From contig JBAQNJ010000001.1 in NCBI GenBank assembly GCA_049303675.1, positions 135,494-199,493 on the forward strand: a DNA stretch of 64,000 nucleotides, in the 5' to 3' direction. The position numbers and the translations under genes are program-made. Every line of letters starts with the position of its first letter. Position 1 is the first letter of the stretch. This document shows positions 20,488-30,562 of this stretch, one piece after another. A model generated the notes under the pieces. It saw nothing but the letters and a program-made list of their open reading frames with translations. It ran no database searches and was not told the origin of the DNA. The DNA comes from Microgenomates group bacterium. Its GTDB lineage: Bacteria > Patescibacteriota > Microgenomatia > UBA12405.

Positions 20488-20586
20488 CCATTATATCATT
20501 TGAATCTGACCAAATTCGTAATTCGTAATTAATGATTAGTAATTAGTTTTTTACCGCATTTTTTCCTTTTTTATTCCGCAACGTAT

Positions 20587-20901
20587 TTACAGCCTTACCG
20601 CTTCTATATCCAATTTTCGCCCAGAAGCTCTTCTTAACAAGGCAAAAGTTTCAACATCCCCTATAACCGGTTCTCCTATCCTGCGTGCAGTTTCGTTGTA
20701 CAGATGTGCAGCCAAACTTATTGCATTTTCAACAATCAGTGCCTTTCCAGATTTTAGTCCTTCTCCCTTATTTGAACTACGCAAATGGACATCTTGATCA
20801 ATAATATATTGTTCAGTCCTATCCAACAAATATTTCGATGGACTATTGATCATTCCATATAACATGTTTATTTTAGAAGTCCCCATTTCATATCCTATCA
20901 C
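20587..20901 (-). CDS. hypothetical protein (104 aa)
   Basis: ORF only. Confidence 0.3.
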   Translation of the reverse strand: MIGYEMGTSKINMLYGMINSPSKYLLDRTEQYIIDQDVHLRSSNKGEGLKSGKALIVENAISLAAHLYNETARRIGEPVIGDVETFALLRRASGRKLDIEAVRL

Positions 20902-20902
20902 A

Positions 20903-21253
20903 CTACATCAATTCCATCAATTTTTCTCTATCATCACCCTTCCCTTCCCTGACCCTAAACTTATGCCTACACTTGGTACACTCGTATTTAATTTGAAATT
21001 CGAAATTTGAAATTCGAAATTCTGTCCCCACCGGTTCCATCATCCCCTGACAATCACTCTCTCTATCTCCGGGAATTATTCTATCCACGTGTTTAGCCCA
21101 CAAACATTTTGGGCAATGATCCGTATATCCATCCCCAATTACCTCATTTCCACAATTCCCACATATAAAATTTTCTATCTTTCTTAAAAAATTCCTCCTC
21201 CCCTCTTTCGTCAAAGAGGGGTTTGGGGGTGATTTTGTTCTAAAACTTTTCAT
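20903..21253 (-). CDS. RNHCP-domain zinc-ribbon protein
   Basis: CGNCGN...YTDHCPKCLWAKHVD matches the RNHCP signature. The N-terminus is encoded by a GC-rich hairpin element, and the body carries an AATTTGA repeat (ISNFEFQIKYE). Confidence 0.55.
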   Translation of the reverse strand: MKSFRTKSPPNPSLTKEGRRNFLRKIENFICGNCGNEVIGDGYTDHCPKCLWAKHVDRIIPGDRESDCQGMMEPVGTEFRISNFEFQIKYECTKCRHKFRVREGKGDDREKLMELM

Positions 21254-21280
21254 TCGTAATTCGTAATTATTAATTTGTAA

Positions 21281-24265
21281 TTATTTTGCTATCTCCACCC
21301 CCATCTTAATATCCTTCTCCAACTTTTGATTAAACAGCAGTTTATTGCCATTTAGTGTCGCTGCTGGTTCCACCTGATTCACCTGCCAATCAGTTGGCAC
21401 TGTTACCATACTCACGATTCCAGTATCTCCATACCCTGGCTGTCTTTGAATATAATTTAAATAAGAAAAGTTATCTTTATTGGTAATATCAACCGAATCA
21501 ACATATCGTAGCTCCACCGTTTTCTTCTTAGTCGGTGGCACTTCTATCAAGAACCCCACTTCTTTCTTCCCGTTTTTTATAGCTACGTCTAAGCTATCCC
21601 CCGAATAGATCGTTTTTACCCCATTTATTTCGTTACTAGTGACACTTACTTCCGCCAAATTAGCACTCTCTGGAATATAGACTCTAACATAATTCTTATA
21701 GCTTCCCCCCGGCCAGCTGTCATTTTTAGAGGTGTTTTCGTAGTTAATTTTTATTACTCGGCCAATTGTTTGTGTCCCTATATCTATTTGTTGATCAATA
21801 CTTCGGTAAAGAAAATAGTTCGCCTTGTTCACCCCCAAATTTGCTTCAACTATGTACAAGTAGTCTGCAAAACACCTATCCACTGCACATTTTCCCTCAT
21901 ATATCGCCCCATCCCATCCTAGTCCTGAGATTATCTTGGCCGCACCCGAGTTGTTAAATGACATTTGCACATCATTACTCTCCAACAAATCAATTAGCGC
22001 CAACACCATCCTCGCCCTCTCCTCCCCCTTTAGATTTTTTAATTCCTCAAACAACTGCCTTCCCAGTCCTCCCAAAAAACTCGCTTTTTGATTTGAGCCA
22101 GGGAAAAACTTGGTCTCCGCATAAAACTCAGCCTGTTCATAGATATTATTCTTATTTATTTTCTCCTTAAAGTCCGGCACATAAATCTCTCCGGTCACTC
22201 CCAAAATAGATCTGGCTACCGCCAAATCCACCCCAATTACTCCATCGACTTTTCGTCCAGTTTCCTTTTCCAAGAACCATTGTAAATCTCTGGCCGATTC
22301 TCCAAAATTCGCCTGCCAATTTGCATCCCTCATAAACCAATTAGCCTCACCTAAATATTTTTTTATTGCCACTGGCGGTTCTACATGACCTTTCAATTGC
22401 CCATCCGCCTCATAGATATCTCTAATCTCAAAGTTTAGTAATCTGCCGTTTTCAAAGCTGAGAATACCATAAGACCCTATGAATCCTCCATTTGGTCTTA
22501 GTTCACTTTCGTTTTGCAGTAGCACTAGATACTCCCTCCTCTTTCCGTCCGTTCCTATCATTTCTGGCATAAATTCCACTGTCTTAGTCATCTTTACCAC
22601 CACTTTATTTAACTCCTCTACCCTTGATCTTAGGTCACTATAATTTCCCCTCCATCTGGCTGGTATCCACGACCAGTCCCCCGCCAATCTCGCGCTCAAC
22701 ATTGCCAGTTCTGCCTCAATCTCCTCGCCATTTGCCTTTAGTTTTACCCACTCTTCGTCCCAGTTAACTGCTTTTTCTACAAAAATTGCCTCAGAAATAG
22801 TATCGGCTCTCTTCGCCAGACTCACCCCGCTAATTTCCAGCTTCAATCCCTGCTCTGCCACTTTCAATACTTCTTGGTAATGCCGGCCCCACTCAAATCT
22901 ATTCCACTGCCATGATTCCACCCTTCTCTGGTTCCTCAACACGGTTTTCATTGTCTTGTTGGCCAGCGTCACTGCCTCATCATATTTTCTGGCTTCAATC
23001 ATATTTCCCACACTTAGGACACTTTTGACTATTTTATAATTACCATATCCCAATCCCCAGATTATTGCCAACAATATCCCCAGCCCCACCGCCGCCCCAA
23101 TTCCCATCCACTTTCCTGATATATTTAATTTGTAGCTAAATCTAGGTTTTGTTTTTATTTCTCTTTCAGTATTTTTTTTTATTTCTTTTGGTATTTCGTA
23201 ATTCGTAATTTTAAATTCGTAATTATCTTTAATTCTCGCCATCCTACTATTCGAATTTTTGACCAGTATCGGCTTTATTTCAAAATCCTCTTCTCTCAAA
23301 GTTATTTTTTCTTCTACAGTCGATTTCTCCTCAGCTATTGGTTCCATTCCCGTTTCTAGTTTCACGTTTCTAGTTTCCTGTATTACGCTTCCCGTTTCCT
23401 CTTCCTCCTCCACCTCCACCTCAAATCTTCTTTTGTTTACCTTCTCCTCCTCAACTATCTTTTTAGGAATTAGGATTTCGATTTTAGGATTTTTTCTGTT
23501 CCGACTCTCTTCATCAGCCATTGCAAACAGGCTCTGCAACGCCCCAAACAGCGAGTTTTTCAAATCCAGCTCCGGCATCCATCTCAATCGACTCCACTCC
23601 TCCAGCACCTCTTTTTCCATGGGCATTGATGGTTGCTCCATCGTTTCTTGTACCTTTGTTCTTGTCATCTTTGCCTCCTCAATCAGCCAAGTAGCCAGAC
23701 TCATTGAATCAGTTTTGTCCCCCCAGATATCATATATGTTTCCCCTAGTTCCCGCCAAAAACGTTGCCTTCATAACCACCTCCACCAGAGATTCCTCACC
23801 CATCAATCTCAATACAGCCTTTCTTGGTGGCAAGTTCAGGTTCATATTTCTTACCGCCAGTTTCATTGCCCTAATCAGATATCCCACCTCGCCATTTTCC
23901 TCAGTGAAGCTCATTGCTCCTCCGACTACTCCATGGGCCCTGACAATTCGCCAATTATTGCTTCCCCCCAATTCATCTCCATTAACATCCGGCTCACCAT
24001 TTATCCTAATTATTGCCAATCGTATCTCTGGCCCCAATTTTTTCCATAGACCAATCTCATTTTTAAAATCAAATACATAGTCAATCTCTCCCAAGTCACT
24101 CGGGATATCGCTTCGCACAATTATTCTCGACTTACTAGCCAAACTGGCATCATAATCACCTACCGCAATTACCCTCATGTCGCTCTCACTTAGTTTTCTT
24201 ACCAAGCTAGCTCCACCCAATTTTTCCACCCCATTTACCAAAGCTATCGGCATCCCCTCTTTCAT
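21281..24265 (-). CDS. DUF4012-domain membrane protein (994 aa)
   Basis: LRPNGGFIGSYGI hallmark of DUF4012 and a central TM (GIGAAVGLGILLAIIWGLG). In-frame NYEF/NYEI and LETGN repeat insertions. Confidence 0.65.
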   Translation of the reverse strand: MKEGMPIALVNGVEKLGGASLVRKLSESDMRVIAVGDYDASLASKSRIIVRSDIPSDLGEIDYVFDFKNEIGLWKKLGPEIRLAIIRINGEPDVNGDELGGSNNWRIVRAHGVVGGAMSFTEENGEVGYLIRAMKLAVRNMNLNLPPRKAVLRLMGEESLVEVVMKATFLAGTRGNIYDIWGDKTDSMSLATWLIEEAKMTRTKVQETMEQPSMPMEKEVLEEWSRLRWMPELDLKNSLFGALQSLFAMADEESRNRKNPKIEILIPKKIVEEEKVNKRRFEVEVEEEEETGSVIQETRNVKLETGMEPIAEEKSTVEEKITLREEDFEIKPILVKNSNSRMARIKDNYEFKITNYEIPKEIKKNTEREIKTKPRFSYKLNISGKWMGIGAAVGLGILLAIIWGLGYGNYKIVKSVLSVGNMIEARKYDEAVTLANKTMKTVLRNQRRVESWQWNRFEWGRHYQEVLKVAEQGLKLEISGVSLAKRADTISEAIFVEKAVNWDEEWVKLKANGEEIEAELAMLSARLAGDWSWIPARWRGNYSDLRSRVEELNKVVVKMTKTVEFMPEMIGTDGKRREYLVLLQNESELRPNGGFIGSYGILSFENGRLLNFEIRDIYEADGQLKGHVEPPVAIKKYLGEANWFMRDANWQANFGESARDLQWFLEKETGRKVDGVIGVDLAVARSILGVTGEIYVPDFKEKINKNNIYEQAEFYAETKFFPGSNQKASFLGGLGRQLFEELKNLKGEERARMVLALIDLLESNDVQMSFNNSGAAKIISGLGWDGAIYEGKCAVDRCFADYLYIVEANLGVNKANYFLYRSIDQQIDIGTQTIGRVIKINYENTSKNDSWPGGSYKNYVRVYIPESANLAEVSVTSNEINGVKTIYSGDSLDVAIKNGKKEVGFLIEVPPTKKKTVELRYVDSVDITNKDNFSYLNYIQRQPGYGDTGIVSMVTVPTDWQVNQVEPAATLNGNKLLFNQKLEKDIKMGVEIAK

Positions 24266-24586
24266 ACATCAATATTAACCCAAAAACAGTCTACGGAGAA
24301 TAATCGGTTATTATGCGGTTTATGTCATAAAAATTTGTTATAACGGCTTTGGAACGTGAAAATAATGTCATAACAGTGATGTGAAACTACTATTAAAAAA
24401 TTGAACTTAGATCTTCCCCCTCTTTCTTCAAAGAGGGGGAAATGGGGGTGATTTTGTCTACAGAACTCACTATTTTTTATAAAAAAATCGTCATAACCCA
24501 AGGCATAGCTATATATCAATAACGTGAAAAAATGGCGCAAAAAAATCCCCAGCAGGGGATATCAGATATGGTCTTATACATAAAAT

Positions 24587-24943
24587 TTGACAATACCTCA
24601 TTTCTATGCGAATATATCGCCAAATATGATTAACTTAAACAAGAAAATAAATCTTATGGGTTCTCCCGCCATGAACAAAGAAGCAGAAGATATCATGGAG
24701 AAGCTAATCGAAGCTGCCAAAGTTAAAGGTGAGTGGACATCGATACCAATAGATGAAATACAACCTCTCGAAGCACTCAATCAGAATAAATCCTACCATC
24801 GGTTGGATCTACCAGCACTCGACGAAGGACTCCAAAAAATTCAATCATCTGGTATGGCTATTGTCGAATCAGGCGTTGACGGTAAAAAAATATTAACACC
24901 CACCATAGCTTTCCAAAATTTTGTCAAAAGTCGAATCAAATAA
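24587..24943 (+). CDS. hypothetical protein (118 aa)
   Basis: ORF only. A minus-strand terminator element flanks each side. Confidence 0.3.
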   Translation: MTIPHFYANISPNMINLNKKINLMGSPAMNKEAEDIMEKLIEAAKVKGEWTSIPIDEIQPLEALNQNKSYHRLDLPALDEGLQKIQSSGMAIVESGVDGKKILTPTIAFQNFVKSRIK

Positions 24944-24945
24944 AA

Positions 24946-24975
24946 AAATCCCCAGCAGGGGATTCGTGAAGGTCT
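24946..24975 (-). terminator. intrinsic terminator (ATCCCCTGCTGGGGAT + T7) for the flippase gene
   Basis: The minus strand reads atcccctgctggggatttttttt immediately 3' of the 25003..26229 CDS. A second copy lies at 24541-24568. Confidence 0.6.
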
Positions 24976-25025
24976 CCCTTTCTTCAAGGGGAGATGTCAG
25001 CTTTAGCTGACAGAGGGGTTTTGTC
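24973..25025. repeat. GC-rich composite hairpin element (family H): hairpin1 CTCCCTTT-loop-GGGAG, variable hairpin2, tail GAGGGGTTTTG
   Basis: tctccctttcttcaaggggaga-tgtcagctttagctgaca-gaggggttttgtc. Related copies at 837-869, 18472-18556, 21190-21240, 24413-24458, 29710-29745, 38598-38662, 48924-48970 and 49036-49085. Confidence 0.8.
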
Positions 25026-26229
25026 TTTTTATTTTATTCACCAAGAAGTACCCCATCATTAGGCAATCTATCATTTCTGTCACCACCGTTACCCCCGCCG
25101 CTGCCAAGATTCCATAGTGGGGGATTAGCCACATATTCAAGCCTAGATTAACTATCAACGCCACCATTCCCAGCTTTAGCATTTCCTTTTGGCCACCCTC
25201 TGATATTAGGGTAAATCCCACCAAGTGGCCCATATATGAAAACAAGGCTGCTACAACAAGTATTCTTAAAACCGCTATTGATGGCTCAAATGCCACGCCT
25301 CCCAATACTTGAATAATATACGGAGCCATAAAATATACCCCGATTATCAGCAGTATTGCCGACACACCCAAAATTATTACCGACTCCCCAAATAGCTTTC
25401 TTTTATTAGTTTCCTTCGCTCCCATTATCGGAAAAATACTGTTCACATAAAAATATGCCGGAGCCAGCAGTGCCCCATACACCTTATAAGCCAATCCATA
25501 CCACGCCACCTCGCTTGAGCCCAAATAGTTTTGAATCAGTAGCGAGTCAATTGCCCGATCATAGGTGGCAAACATAATTAAAAATACCCCCATTGGCCAG
25601 GTCATTTGCCACATCTTTTTTATTTCAGCCCCATCTATTTTCCCAATCGTCACGCTGGACAGTCCTGATACCAAATAATAACCAATCCATAGGCTTATTC
25701 CTCGAGCAATCAGATAAGCCATCATTACCATCAATAGACTTACTGATCCCTGCCACCACCACAACCACACCAAAAATGTTATCGGAAAACTCAGATCCAT
25801 TAACACCTTCAAGTCCATTCTTAGTTTCGATTGAAAAATTATCTCCCAAAATCCAGCCAGCGAGGTCAAAAATATCATTAATAGGGCTACTGTCGACTCA
25901 ATTCGAATTGTTTCTAGCCCCTTCCATGACCAGATTACCATTACTCCGACCACAAACGAAATAGTTGTCATCAGCATTCTCAAGGTAAAGACATGTTCCC
26001 CCACTTTTTCCCCATTTTCCTTACTTATTTCTCTCACCCCAATAGTTTTTGTCCCAAAATCAGCCAATGAATCCAAAAATACAAATAGTGACGAAATCAA
26101 TATAAAGTTTCCATAATTTTGCACCCCCAACTTTCGCGTCAACACCCCTGTCGTCAACAGGCTTATCCCCACCATTCCCGCTTTCCCTAAAATCTGTACT
26201 AGGGTATTTATAATCGGTTTTTTCAACAT
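25003..26229 (-). CDS. polysaccharide biosynthesis/Wzx-like MOP-superfamily flippase
   Basis: Polytopic membrane protein (12-14 TM) with a Wzx-like N-terminus (GKAGMVGISLLTTGVLTRKLG...YGNFIL). Confidence 0.65.
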   Translation of the reverse strand: MLKKPIINTLVQILGKAGMVGISLLTTGVLTRKLGVQNYGNFILISSLFVFLDSLADFGTKTIGVREISKENGEKVGEHVFTLRMLMTTISFVVGVMVIWSWKGLETIRIESTVALLMIFLTSLAGFWEIIFQSKLRMDLKVLMDLSFPITFLVWLWWWQGSVSLLMVMMAYLIARGISLWIGYYLVSGLSSVTIGKIDGAEIKKMWQMTWPMGVFLIMFATYDRAIDSLLIQNYLGSSEVAWYGLAYKVYGALLAPAYFYVNSIFPIMGAKETNKRKLFGESVIILGVSAILLIIGVYFMAPYIIQVLGGVAFEPSIAVLRILVVAALFSYMGHLVGFTLISEGGQKEMLKLGMVALIVNLGLNMWLIPHYGILAAAGVTVVTEMIDCLMMGYFLVNKIKRQNPSVS

Positions 26230-26291
26230 GTCATATTTTACCCCACCATCAGGAAATATATGTAGGGGCGGATCTCGTGTCCGCCCAATTT

Positions 26292-27572
26292 TTATATTAT
26301 CGCCATCATCACCACCATCAGCCAGCTATTTTGTGGCAATGTCAACCAGTAATGGTCTAGCATTGCTGTCACCACCACCGCTATTATCAACATTTTCCAC
26401 TTACTCCACATCCTTTTTCTCCACCACATTGCCCCCGCCCACACTACTCCTAGCACCCCCAGCATTCCTGTCTCACTCGCCCACAGTAAAAATATATTAT
26501 GTACTGGCTGCCACCAATAAAATGACAATCCTTTAATATATTCCGGCAACACGCTAGTAAAATTGCCCATACCTATCCCCAGTAAAAAATGCTCTTTCCA
26601 CATCTTCATTGCCAGCCAATTAAGAGTAATTCTTTTTAGAACACTATCCGAATCCCACCCACCCACAAAATCACCAATTCGATAATTTATCCCAATCATT
26701 CCCAAAACTATCAATACCATTCCCATCCCCACCAACCCCATTCCCAAATACTTCTTATAATTTGAAATTTGAAATTTGAAATTTGAAATTAATATTACTA
26801 TTGCCAGCCCTGCTGCCAATAACCACACCACTCTACTCCCCGATATTATTATCCCCACTACCCCCATCCACACCACCACCCACCACCACATTCCGCTAAA
26901 TTTGAAATTTGAAATTTGAAATTTGAAATTTTTTTGATTTCCTATCCAATATATTAAGGAAATCAACAGGAATCCTGCCAAACTATTCGGATGCGAAAAT
27001 GTCCCATACGCCCGTACCAATCCCTGTCCTAGTAGAGATATTTGAGCTACCCCAATACTTGCGTAGCTAAATCTCCGTTCACCTAGCCAATACCATATTC
27101 CCTGTAAACTTCCCCCTTTTACAATCTGGGCCATTCCCAACATAGTTTCTAAAATTATCCAGCAGGGGATTATCCATTCCAAATACTTTTCAACTTTATG
27201 AACTTTCAACTTTATAAACTTATAGCTCAACGCTAGTTGAGCTATTCTCACCCACCTATACACTGCCACCCATCTGTTTCCTGCTACCAATACATTCAAA
27301 ACTACAAATAGTCCCATCAAAATATTTTGGAAATTTAAAACTTTCCGCCAATTCGTAATTAGTCTAGTCCCCATCCACATTCCCCACACAATATCAACCA
27401 AATATAGGGTAGGGGACAAATAATCCACCCTCACCCCCATCACCATGCTCCATTCCGGCCAAAAATGCTTACCAAGTTGTATCGGTATCAATAGTAAAAA
27501 CAAAAACAACAAAATATTCTCCAAGCTCGTAATTCGTAATTCGTAATTTGTAATTTTCCCCAAACCCTTCAT
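26292..27572 (-). CDS. O-antigen ligase/polymerase-like membrane protein (Wzy_C-like)
   Basis: Polytopic membrane protein. Contains two NFKFQISNFKF insertions (AATTTGA repeats), one YKFIKLKVHKVEKY insertion (nonamer repeat) and an N-terminal ITNYELRI insertion. Confidence 0.45.
   Translation of the reverse strand: MKGLGKITNYELRITSLENILLFLFLLLIPIQLGKHFWPEWSMVMGVRVDYLSPTLYLVDIVWGMWMGTRLITNWRKVLNFQNILMGLFVVLNVLVAGNRWVAVYRWVRIAQLALSYKFIKLKVHKVEKYLEWIIPCWIILETMLGMAQIVKGGSLQGIWYWLGERRFSYASIGVAQISLLGQGLVRAYGTFSHPNSLAGFLLISLIYWIGNQKNFKFQISNFKFSGMWWWVVVWMGVVGIIISGSRVVWLLAAGLAIVILISNFKFQISNYKKYLGMGLVGMGMVLIVLGMIGINYRIGDFVGGWDSDSVLKRITLNWLAMKMWKEHFLLGIGMGNFTSVLPEYIKGLSFYWWQPVHNIFLLWASETGMLGVLGVVWAGAMWWRKRMWSKWKMLIIAVVVTAMLDHYWLTLPQNSWLMVVMMAII
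26758..26793. repeat. AATTTGA heptamer tandem array (family R2), intragenic in-frame copy
   Basis: taatttgaaatttgaaatttgaaatttgaaattaat. Related arrays at 7642-7682, 20985-21023, 26896-26935 and 43690-43740. Confidence 0.8.
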
Positions 27573-27585
27573 TAAGCCAATCTTA

Positions 27586-27864
27586 TCACAGATGGTATTT
27601 CTTCTTAATCAATTCCATTTCACGAGCAACTTCCCCTTCATCAACTTTCAGAGCAAAGTTCATTTGAACAGATAAATTAGCAGACCTCCGCAATATTTCA
27701 TCTACTTCCGCTCCAGACTGGCTAGACACTCTAATTGCAAACCTCTCCGCCAACCTCACAGCCTCACTCCACCCTCCCAATTTACCATCTTCTGTTTTCA
27801 TCGACCCTTTATCAGCATCTGCTCCTGCAATTTCAAGATCAGTTTCTTGACCAGACCAATTCAT
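27586..27864 (-). CDS. hypothetical protein (92 aa)
   Basis: ORF only. Confidence 0.3.
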   Translation of the reverse strand: MNWSGQETDLEIAGADADKGSMKTEDGKLGGWSEAVRLAERFAIRVSSQSGAEVDEILRRSANLSVQMNFALKVDEGEVAREMELIKKKYHL

Positions 27865-27869
27865 ATAAA

Positions 27870-28340
27870 TTAAGCCGTAGGTTTAATCACGATATGTCGA
27901 TCTTCTCCCTCTCCCTCCGAGTCCGATGTAATCCCTTCTATGTTGACCAGAGCCATATGACACAATCTTCTTTCATACGAGCTCATACTCGCCATTACCA
28001 CTTCCTTACCAGTAGCCTTTGCTTTTTCCGCCAAACTAACAGCCATATTTGTCAATCTTTCTTTTTGTTCTTCTCGATAATTGTTTATATCGAGCAGTAC
28101 TCTCACCCACTCACCTAATTTATTTTTGACAATCAGCGATAACACTAGTTGTAAGGCGGCTAGGTTTCTTCCTCTAAATCCAATCAAGCCAGCTGGATTT
28201 GGCACAGTTACTCCTACTAATACCTGATTCTCTTCCTCAGTTACATCCTCCACAAACGCCTTTTCCACCTCAAAATTCATTTTTCCGAGCATGTCACAAG
28301 TAATTTGGAGTATTGTTTGGTTTCTTTCTTTATTTTCCAT
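27870..28340 (-). CDS. jag: Jag/KhpB RNA-binding protein (KH + R3H)
   Basis: R3H motif SYERRLCHMAL. Conserved position downstream of yidC. Confidence 0.8.
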   Translation of the reverse strand: MENKERNQTILQITCDMLGKMNFEVEKAFVEDVTEEENQVLVGVTVPNPAGLIGFRGRNLAALQLVLSLIVKNKLGEWVRVLLDINNYREEQKERLTNMAVSLAEKAKATGKEVVMASMSSYERRLCHMALVNIEGITSDSEGEGEDRHIVIKPTA

Positions 28341-28414
28341 GCGCCTATTTTAACATTAAATTTATATATTAATGAATTAAAAATTAATTAAAAATTAAAA
28401 TTTCAAATTAAAAA

Positions 28415-29221
28415 TTATTTTTGATTTCTAGTTGCCAATTGTTGTACCAACATCACTCCACTATTTACAAACCAGTAGAGGAGCATTCCCAAGCTAAAAC
28501 TCCACCCAATAAATATTGTCATTAGTGGCATCATGTAGGTTGTCTGCATCCTCATCGCCTCCATCATGTCATCACTTTTTTCTGGTGTCGCTTTCACATA
28601 AGCCGATTGATCAATGGTGGTGGGCTTGCCAGTCCGTAGCTGCGTAGCAGCGGAGGATGGCATCATTAGTTTTGAACTAAAATATTGCATTACCCCTGCC
28701 CCTACCAGCAATATAAATGGCAACATCCAGTAAATACTCAGACCTTCTTTATATATTCCCGCCGGAGTATGGGACAAATCACTTCCCAAAAAACTAGTAT
28801 CAAATTTAAAACCTTCACCAATTCTAAAGCTTTGAATCAACTCCTTATTTACATTTTCCAAGCTACTTTTTCCCATAGTGTAATTCGTTACCAAATTAAA
28901 TGCCGAGAAAAACATTATTAGCACCGCCACCTGTAATAGCTGAGGCAAACATCCCGACAGGGGATTAATTCCCTCTTGTTTATACATATCCATCTGGGCT
29001 TTTGCCAGACCTTCTTTATCTTTGCCATATTTTTCCTGCAGTTTTTTTAGCCTCGGTTGCAATTCTGCCATTTTTTTGGCCGACTTCATACTCGGCAATA
29101 CTAAGGGGATCAAAGCGACCCGAATCAAAACCGTCACCGCCACTACCGACCACCCCAAATTACCTAATAGGTAATAAAAACCAAAAAGTGCGTTAACAAA
29201 TGGTGCAATAAATAGATTCAT
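28415..29221 (-). CDS. yidC: membrane protein insertase YidC/Oxa1
   Basis: Short-form YidC core (NPLSGCLPQLLQ...) within the rnpA-yidD-yidC-jag synteny. Confidence 0.85.
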   Translation of the reverse strand: MNLFIAPFVNALFGFYYLLGNLGWSVVAVTVLIRVALIPLVLPSMKSAKKMAELQPRLKKLQEKYGKDKEGLAKAQMDMYKQEGINPLSGCLPQLLQVAVLIMFFSAFNLVTNYTMGKSSLENVNKELIQSFRIGEGFKFDTSFLGSDLSHTPAGIYKEGLSIYWMLPFILLVGAGVMQYFSSKLMMPSSAATQLRTGKPTTIDQSAYVKATPEKSDDMMEAMRMQTTYMMPLMTIFIGWSFSLGMLLYWFVNSGVMLVQQLATRNQK

Positions 29222-29270
29222 TTATATTTTTATACTTAATTCTTAATACATAATACTTGATACAAGTTTA

Positions 29271-29480
29271 TTATTTTAACAGATCAATCCCACTTTTACC
29301 CCAAGGATGACACTTCGAGAGTCTTTTTACTCCCATCCATAATCCCTTAACTACTCCATATTTCTCTACTGCTTGATAGGTGTATTCACTACAAGTAGGG
29401 GAGAATCTACAGTAGTACCCCCTCGATATATATTTTTTATAAAACACCAATATTTTAAGTACCAATTTTTTGAAAAACAT
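29271..29480 (-). CDS. yidD: membrane protein insertion efficiency factor YidD
   Basis: FYKKYISRGYYCRFSPTCSEYTYQAVEKYG...CHPWGKSGID. Confidence 0.85.
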   Translation of the reverse strand: MFFKKLVLKILVFYKKYISRGYYCRFSPTCSEYTYQAVEKYGVVKGLWMGVKRLSKCHPWGKSGIDLLK

Positions 29481-29844
29481 ATTTTACTTGTGACTCAATT
29501 TCACCAATGTTTGCTTCTAACATTATTTTTTTAATCAAAAATACTATATTCATGGAATGAAGATTGTAGTTTGAAGATTGTTTTTTAATTGTCTCTGCCA
29601 GTCTTCGTCTTATTTTATTTCTATCCACCGCCCGTTTAGAAATCTTTTTCGAAATAATCCACGCAAATCTAGATTGTTTTATCTCCCTTGCCTGTGCCCG
29701 TTTGGGTATTAAAGGGAGGTCTCCACGAAGTGGAGGGAGGGATTGGTATCTCACTCCAAACAGGGGGGTCTGTATTGTTCTTCCTGTCTCCAAAATATTC
29801 TTGATCTCTTTAGAATTCAAACCTCGATTAATTTTCTTTAACAT
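29455..29844 (-). CDS. rnpA: RNase P protein component
   Basis: Basic, with RAVDRNKIRRRLAE. Conserved position between rpmH and yidD. Carries the in-frame GC-rich insertion SLPPLRGDLPLIP. Confidence 0.8.
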   Translation of the reverse strand: MLKKINRGLNSKEIKNILETGRTIQTPLFGVRYQSLPPLRGDLPLIPKRAQAREIKQSRFAWIISKKISKRAVDRNKIRRRLAETIKKQSSNYNLHSMNIVFLIKKIMLEANIGEIESQVKYVFQKIGT

Positions 29845-29957
29845 ACCCTATTTTACTGTACCCAAAAAAAATAAATTAGCGAAGTAACAATTTTTGAGCG
29901 ATTTCAACGTGCGTCGTACATTGACCAGAGTGGAAAAAATTTGTTACGAGCAAAAAT

Positions 29958-30110
29958 TTATTTTTCAGACGATACAGTTAGCTGTTTTCTACCCTTATTT
30001 CGCCGTCTTTTGATCACATTTCGTCCATCTTGGGTCAACATGCGCTTCAAAAAGCCATGGACTCTAACTCTTTTTTTTGATTTTGGTTGGTATGTGCCTT
30101 TTTCTTTCAT
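29958..30110 (-). CDS. rpmH: 50S ribosomal protein L34
   Basis: Manual translation gives [50 protein letters not shown]. It is absent from the ORF track because it is shorter than 60 aa. Confidence 0.9.
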   Translation of the reverse strand: MKEKGTYQPKSKKRVRVHGFLKRMLTQDGRNVIKRRRNKGRKQLTVSSEK

Positions 30111-30164
30111 AGTTCTTATTCTACCTTATTTTACTTGTTTTCCCAATAGTCAAAACAATTTCTC

Positions 30165-30389
30165 TTATTCCTCATCAAATAGTCTTTTTCTTTCCGCAAT
30201 TAATTTACGTGTTTTGTAAAACTGCACTCCTGCCTCAATACCCATTGCCACTACTACCGGTGCTGCCACTGGTCCTGCCACACACGAAGATGCCCCCACT
30301 ACTCCTGCCACGCCTGCCTTCTTTACTCTCATTTCAATTTCACGATCCAACGATGCTACTGTTCGCTTTTTTGTTGTTTCTTGTGACAT
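30165..30389 (-). CDS. hypothetical small protein (74 aa, Gly/Ala/Val-rich)
   Basis: ORF only, located between rpmH and dnaA. Confidence 0.3.
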   Translation of the reverse strand: MSQETTKKRTVASLDREIEMRVKKAGVAGVVGASSCVAGPVAAPVVVAMGIEAGVQFYKTRKLIAERKRLFDEE

Positions 30390-30426
30390 GAAAAATTATA
30401 TCATCCTTTTTTGACATCTTGTAAAA

Positions 30427-30458
30427 TGTGGATAACTCGTTTATAGTGATGTGAATAA
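30427..30458. promoter_or_regulatory. DnaA boxes upstream of dnaA (TGTGGATAA at 30427-30435; TGTGAATAA at 30450-30458)
   Basis: One perfect TTATCCACA (reverse orientation) and one 8/9 match. Confidence 0.6.
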
Positions 30459-30562
30459 CTCGAAATGTGCCCCCATCCTCGTAGTTGAAATTTTACGCAT
30501 CTATAGTATATTTTTATCTTTAATTCGTAATTATTAATTCGTAATTTGAAATTATATTTAAT

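Noticed and set aside
24325-24540. 71-aa minus-strand ORF in the 24266-24586 intergenic region
   Set aside because: It overlaps a GC-rich hairpin element and AT-rich motif cluster, has no start context, and its composition is atypical. Likely non-coding.
24541-24568. Second copy of the AAAAAAATCCCCAGCAGGGGAT element as an operator or binding site
   Set aside because: On the minus strand it reads as a GC hairpin followed by a T7 run, identical to the flippase terminator at 24946-24975. It is more simply a (bidirectional) terminator copy.
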